DNA of 64,000 bases, taken from Amoebophrya sp. A120 (Eukaryota > Protista > Dinoflagellata). The translations under genes and the position numbers were made by a program. The notes under the pieces were generated by a model. It did not search any database. It was not told where the DNA came from and saw only the letters and a program-made list of their open reading frames with translations. The DNA lies in contig CAJINV010000001.1 of the NCBI GenBank assembly GCA_905178155.1, positions 12,135,832 through 12,199,831 on the forward strand. Reading direction: 5' to 3'. Numbering within the stretch: position 1 is the stretch's first letter; every line of letters starts with the position of its first letter. This document shows positions 57,262 through 64,000 of the stretch, piece by piece.

Positions 57262-60200
57262 AGCCGGAGCGGGAGGATTCGATTTGACGCCGAGTGTTTG
57301 ACGACTTGGTGAATTTTATGTTTGTTGATATCAAGAAATTCGATACGTAGAGTTGTAAATATGTTCTTCCTACAGTATTAAAAAAAAAGTAGTACAACGA
57401 GATATCTGGTTTTGGACCCTGAATTCGTTTCGGTCAGCTATACAGTATTGATAACGTACAGCATGCAGAACATTTTAACATAGAGTCTTCAACCAATTAC
57501 ACTGATTCAGATGCCTTCCTCTTCTCATATTTGTTTAGTTAGCCCCAACGCCCTCGCCCAGATTTGTTATGCAATTCCCCGCCCTGACAAGCGACTATCC
57601 CAGCCTTGTAGCAAAAAATACTTGTATGAACGACCGTGTACGAACTTTTTCATAAGGAGAAACGCGCAGTTACAGCACTCTACCTCATTGTTGTCTCCTA
57701 AAACGCTATTGTCGTACAATCTTTCACCCAGAATATTACTGCTCCCCCACCCACGAGTCTCTCCCGATTTGCCGCCCTCAAGACGTAAACGAAAAGTAGA
57801 CGAATAGCACATACATGGGTACACATCTTCTCTGGCAGCGACCCTCTCCCTTTTTTTCGACGACGGTCGGGAACGATGGAGGAACCGGGTGGATGCTAAA
57901 CGTCAACGAAAGAATTGTATTTGTTTTTACACAACGAACAACTTTTCACAACGAGCGATGTACGTGTATGACCACGACACGCGGAAGAAAAATACCACTT
58001 CTAGTAGCAGTAGGTGCCATTAATAAATGTGACTGCCGTGCCTTGCTTCTGGAAGTGGCCGGGATTTTTTGACCTATCAAACGAAGCGTGTACCTGCTAA
58101 AACAAAGCTATTCCGTCACCACAGCTACAAAAGTTCTTTTACGTACTCTCGCCCGCCCAGCTAAACGGCAACGCTAGTAAAAATGTTAGTTTTTTCATGC
58201 TTTTATCACAGATAGAATGCGCAAATTTTTTATAGTCTTTATCACTTCTTGTGTTGATATTATTCAAGTGCCGCAAACTCAGCCAGACTTATAAAATGAT
58301 ACAGCTCCACCTCACGTCGCTGTGAATGCGGATTTTGCGACGACGCGACAGAGCGCTATGCTATATAATTTTCATCGATGAAGAACGAAAACTGGTAGTT
58401 ATAGCGCACACAATTTTGGTTGGAACAAAATATTTTGACTCTATAAAAAAACAATCGAAATGACCACATCAGGAGAAAAAGGCAGCTCGTCTTCTTAACC
58501 GCGACCGTGTGCTATGCATAAAGCACAACATATCGTTCATGGTTGGGAATGGAGGAAAAAGACGGCGCTTTCTTCGAGTACCTCTCCTAAAAGTACTGCA
58601 CTACTACGACAACAACTTTTGAAAGCGATTAGTGCTGGATGCCTGTGTGAAGACACAGCGCTACGCAAGGCTACCAGATGAGAAATTTCATCAACAGCCG
58701 TCAAGATTTTATTTAAGCGCCCTTATGTTTAATGCAGATTCACTAACATAATTTCAGCTGTAATTCTAAATAGTACAATCCGGCAACCGCCCAGTATGCC
58801 TAAGCGAGGCTCCACGTCTTAAAAAATTTCTTCATGGCTTTATATGATTTTTCCGGCAACCGACACTGAGCGTGATCCGTTTAGAAATATATCCTTCCAT
58901 TCTGAGCAGGAGCTCGTCCTTGCTTTTCAAAATTACCCGTACTCGGAGTTGTTTCAGCGATCGATTTTGAGGAGGGTAAAACACTACTGATTTCAGAAAT
59001 TTAGGTCTCCTTCATCTTTGACTCGTGATGGGGGCGACCCAATCATGGCAAGAAGAAGGAGAGGACGACGACGACGATTAAAGCTAAACCAAAACTTATA
59101 TCCCTAGCGAGGTCTGGTGATCGTTGACACGACCACTTTTACTACAAGCCTGCGGCGGTATCTTTAGAGTTGAGAGAGCGTGAAGCCGACAAGCGCACTT
59201 TCACATCGGGCGCAAGAACGAGCGACGGCTTTTCTACATCCGTGCGTCTTTGTTGTAGTATCTACAGGGGACGACGATATATGTGGAACAGGCCCAGCAG
59301 CAGCGGCACCGAAGGAGGGGTGTTGGAAAAAGTAGACTATGATGTAGTTGAAACTCAAAGCGCTTCACGAGGACCAATTATTTATTTGCTAGGTCCAGGA
59401 GAACACGAAAAGCCCCTCTCTACTGCGAAAGTAGAATAACTCCTTGGCTCGATGAAGTTGCTGCAGATCTTTTAGATGACCTCTATTAGCCTGATATACG
59501 ATGATGGATTTTAGTCTTAGGGGCAGATTTTCATTTTGGAACAACAGGCAAGCGCTGCTGTTCATGGCGGCTGCCTGTTATTTTTTAAATGTATGAAATG
59601 AAGTCAGGAAAGAGAAGATCGCAAGAAGTTGCGGAGTGGTTCATGCGCATGCCCTTTCCCACGAGGAAGTCTTCGGGGCGGAGGAGGCAAAAAATGCCGG
59701 GGAATAGAAGAAGAGGATCTATACAATGCAAAAGACAAGCCGGCTTTGTGCTGATTTAGCAGTCGCTTTATTTCAACACAACCGGGCAGTCAGAAACCAA
59801 GCAGACCAATAAAACGCCGCTCCCCTCATTGATACTTACTCTGCAACTTCGATATTTTGCTCTCTAGAGTCTTCGCATAAGACTAACGACGCACCTCATG
59901 ATGATGAAATAGAATCACGCGAAAAATAATGACCACGACAAACGAAATTTAGTTTTTACGGCTTTGCAAATTTAGAAAGGAAAGCGGAGGACCCCAGCTC
60001 CTGTGGCTTGGTCGAGCAGGCTCAAGGCGTGCACGAGTTTCGCTGCCGTCATTACGTCTTCTAAAGCACGACAACGCGCTGTCCTGCGGACTAATTAACG
60101 ATGATGTCCGAAGTGATTCTGATCCAGATCCGAAACTTTGTGCAGCAATTGGATGAGGCACAGTGAGATCTGCTTTCATGATCACGACGATGATGAGCAG

Positions 60201-60620
60201 CTACAGATCAAAATGTTCATCACAATAGACAGCTGAGGTGAAGATCCAACAGAGCTCAGTCAGAGGAGGATCCTGATCGAAAGTGAAATTATAGATCTGA
60301 CGGTTGAATTTTTGGTTTCTCTATCATATGTTTATTCCGAAAATTTTGGACATCTCATAAAAAAATGAATTTGGTTATGGTTTGTCCACTTGAACTTGCA
60401 GTAAAAGATATCACTCCCGAAATCAAGAACCAGACGCAGGCTATTAGATGGTGTGGTGTTTTGGAGAAGTGATCAATTATCGTTCATCGTGTGCATCACA
60501 GTATTAACCCTTCAGCCTTGTAGTTTTCAGTCGGGTCAAGTATATCGATGGTTCCTCTGCTTTTTTCAACATTTTCTGAGCAAACTTATAGTTACAGAAA
60601 CGAAAGCAATATATAGCAAA

Positions 60621-62632
60621 ATGTCGTCCGTTGCGAGCTCGAGCACACCTATCCCAGCTTCCGAGGTCCTTGTGACGCTTGGGGGATACGACGGGCAGGT
60701 GAGTGGGTATGACGTGGAGCAACAAAAATTCGTCTTTGGTTACACCACGCACTTGGGCTCGGTCCGGGATATGCACGCGTACGGAAAAATCCTCGTAAGC
60801 GCCTCGTCCGACGATACCTGCAAGGTGTTCGACTTGCAGCTGAAAAAGGACATTGGGACCCTGCTTGCGCATGAAGGCTCCGTGAATAAGGTGCTGGTTT
60901 TAAAATCCCACATCATCACCGGCGGAGAGGACGGAAAAATCTGCTTCTGGAGGCGGGGCGACCTGGAATTGTTGCTCAAAGTCCAAACCAAGGGCGTGGT
61001 CAGCTTGGCTTGCGATCGCGAAGAGAAGATTCTGGTCTCCGCGCACTCGGATAACAAGGTGCGCATGTGGGACATGAAGGACGGCAAACCGGTACTAAAA
61101 ACATTCTTTTCTGTGAATCAACGTAGGAACTGCATCTGCAGATCTCCCAGAAGTGAAAGCAAGTGTATTTCTCTCTATGAATTTAGCAACCGTGAAGATG
61201 ATCCCTCCTTCATATCGGAACTTTTCCAAACCGTATTAACTTGACAAACTGCCAAAAATAACAGGTGTGGCACTTGGGGCTCGATCTTCCATTGACGGAC
61301 GTGTGCTTTGACAAGGAGCACCTGGCGCTTTTACCCCGGGACGGCCGCAACGTCCAGATTGTCCACGCGCCCACATCGGCGGTGGACTCCATCACCACCG
61401 ATGCCTTTGAAAAGCGAGTCACGGCAATTTGCTTCAACAAGGATGGTTTGCTGCTGGGAGACGCCGAGGGCGCGGTGCGCTTGGTGCGTTTGGGGGAGGA
61501 CAATAAAGTTGTTCCAGGTGGCACGACAGCGAATGCTGAGGAAGCAGATAAAGAGACGACCGCAAATCTCGAGGACAGCGACTTGGACGAAGAGGAAGAC
61601 CTTGAAGAGGAGCTGGTGGAAGAATCTGAAGACATGCTTGACGACGAGTTTCCTTCAGCAAACACGACTACAGCTGCAAATAACGCGAGCACCTCTGCCG
61701 GTTCTACTTCTGTAAGTTCCAAGGGAAGCAAAGAAAAAAATCAGCAACTCCGCCCCGCATCCGGTAGCCGTGTGCGCTTCCTCTCCGCGCTGGGGGATCT
61801 AGTCGCTGTTGCGCTGGCCAGCGGCGAAGTGGAAATTTACAACACGGCCGATGGCGATTTTGTGAAACTGACCTCGTTCGAAGTTCCCTTCCGCTGCACG
61901 TCAATGGCGCTGAGCTTTGTCGATAACGAACAATTGAAGAGCCAAGTGCAACAAGCCGGAAGAAAAGACGACAGTGCGCTTCTTGCCGCGGAGCAGTCGG
62001 ATTCTTCTGAAGATGCGGATGAGCAAAGCGAGGGAGCGGCAGGCAACAAGAAGCGAGTGACATTTGACGATGCCAGCGACGAGGATGATGATGACGACTC
62101 TGAGAACGCAGGAGGTGACGAGGGAAAGACGCAAGCAACGCAGAAAAATACTGCTGCCCCAGCAACAGCAACCACGAAACCGAAAAAGAAACGAGGGCGG
62201 CGCGCGGGGCAAGCTGCGAAGGAAAGGGAACTGCAGGAAATCGAGCAGCTGGCACTGAAGAACATCAACAAGGAAAGACAAAAGGCAAAGCATTTGAAAA
62301 CAAGCAAGAAGGCGATGGACAAACTTTCACAGAAAAAAGTTGAGCACGAAAGACTCATCAAGAAGCAGGTGCAGCAAGCCGACAAGAAGCGACTTTTGGA
62401 ACACAAGCAGAAGGAGCAGGAGAAGGCGAAGAAAAAGAAGGACGCCAAGGACGCGAGAAAAAAGGAAAGGGAAAAGAAAAAGGAGCAGCAGCAAGAGAAG
62501 GAAAATCGGGCGAAGCTAGAGCAAAAGAGAAATGGCGACAGTGGCGCACCAGCTGGACCAAAGAAGAGCAAGGGCGGGAAAAAAGGCGGCGTGAAAAAAA
62601 CGATGAAAAAAGGCAAGAAGCCGGGACGCTGA
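60621..62632 (+). CDS. PAK1IP1: PAK1IP1/Mak11-like WD40 60S biogenesis factor with a Lys-rich tail
   Basis: GGYDGQVSGY...HLGSV...LVSASSDDTCKVFDL...IGTLLAHEGSV...ITGGEDGKICFW. Intron 61092-61264. Confidence 0.8.
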
Positions 62633-63187
62633 TACTGCATTCAATAGAGACGACTGCAAATGAAGTATAAGTAGTTCCATACTCTTCACGAGAAACGATT
62701 GGGTTTTCTGTTTGCGCAAAGAACGAATGTGAGGAAAAAGCGTGTGCATCCGAACTACACAGTTGCCGCTGGTGTTCTGAATGATCACCTTTCATTGTTG
62801 TGAAGTAGATGGCATCTGGTTCATATAGTTTGAGACTGAAATCTTCCAAGCGCGGGTTTGAGGGAAATGAGAGTCTCAAAATAGCGCATTTTTGGTAATA
62901 AAGTTCTACTCGCACCCACGTTCTGCTCCCTGCGCTGGCCACCCAAAGTTAAGAGGATTGTTGCTGCGCTCTTCCACGTCTTTTTCGTACGCACGCTGCA
63001 GTGCAGCCTTACCTTTTCTTTTCATATGTTTGGCATCGGTATCTATACCATGCATCAAGCTGGTGTCTACTTCTTACTCTAGTTTTTGACTACTCGGCGA
63101 CGATTGCTATTTCGAAGTGTAGTCTCAAGCTGTTGCTTGCTTCATTTTCCTACTTGCCACGTCGATTTTGTTTGTCGTGCTCGAAGA

Positions 63188-64000
63188 ATGGCGGTCTCGT
63201 CAGGGGCCGACGTGAACGGGGACGAGGTGCAGCAGCTGAACACCGCCAGCCTGGACGAAGGTGCCGTGCCGTCCAAAGACCCTCCTGGCAATAAGAAGCG
63301 AGAATGGGTATTAACAACTTGTGATGGGCATGATCGGCAAAACAAGAAATCAAAATACAAAATCCTGCAGTGAAGACGTCGCCAAAGAAGAATCTTCAAG
63401 GCTTCTATCGGACGTAGTTTGTTGTAGTGAAAGAAACATGATGAATGTTGTTCGAAAATAAGTCTTCAACCACATCAAAGAAACTCAAAAGTGAAGTTAC
63501 TTCCTCAATGCGGTTTCTAGGTCGCTCAGTTGCACCAGTCGGAGAGCGAGATCCAGAAGGCGCAGCTGGAGAGCCACCGCAGTCTGATGCAGACCAAAGC
63601 CATGGCCTGGGAACACGTTTGCGACATCAGAAAGCAGACTGAAGAACAGGACGCAAACCGCGTCAAATGGCAACTCTCCGTGTACGATGGCATGCGCAGG
63701 TTGCGACAGAAAATCCTCACGCTTTCGGACCAAACCGGCGTCAGCGCTCTAGAACAGAACGGCGGCACAGCGGGGGCTGCGGTTAGCAGTGGTTCCTCGA
63801 GACCCCCCGCGAAACTGTTGTCAGGTGCGAAACTGGCGAAGACTGTGCAATCGCTGGAACACGAGCTCACCGTCTTCAAGGAGCGCCAGCGCCAGGACTA
63901 CGATGAGTTGACCCTCGTCGAGGCGACGACGTTTGAAACTCTGAAAGCGATGGAGGAACGCTTCACCGCCTGGCAGGAGCAAACGGCGAAGGAGCCGCTG
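63188..64000 (+). CDS. CCDC112: CCDC112-like coiled-coil protein (runs off the window)
   Basis: Exons 63188-63307 and 63521->64000. LEHELTVFKERQRQDYDELTLVEATTFETLKAMEERFTAW resembles the CCDC112 core as I recall it. Confidence 0.6.

Noticed and set aside
57262-60620. 3.3-kb gene-free stretch searched for tRNA, spliced-leader relics, snRNA or a transposase
   Set aside because: No cloverleaf, no dinoflagellate spliced-leader 22-mer and no credible ORF seen by eye. An Infernal/Rfam scan would be needed to exclude ncRNA.

Overview
This is eukaryotic DNA, gene-dense and intron-bearing. About 21 genes lie on the + strand, including RPL19, a class IV sirtuin, a GEN1/XPG-like nuclease with BRCT and 2 UBA domains, an FtsJ/RlmM-like methyltransferase, a DsbA/FrnE-like protein, an SQD2-like GT4 glycosyltransferase, a Mei2-like RRM protein, PAK1IP1/Mak11 and a CCDC112-like protein. 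The main signal is 15 short elements (150-306 bp, at least 7 families) inserted inside coding exons. They have terminal inverted repeats (TIRs), consensus TAT...ATA ends and 5-bp target-site duplications (TSDs). Removing the element plus one TSD copy restores the reading frame every time, and in all but one case that removal has no GT-AG ends. They therefore behave as non-canonical, transposon-derived introns (introners). This layout resembles what is described for the syndinian dinoflagellate parasite Amoebophrya (inference). Further features visible here: two families occur in both orientations, unrelated families share an internal GCATNACAA motif, two elements can use canonical GT-AG sites, and no copy is intergenic. 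A 1.26-kb antisense gene fragment is flanked by perfect 51-bp direct repeats with a palindromic core. All gene models were spliced by hand and have no RNA support.
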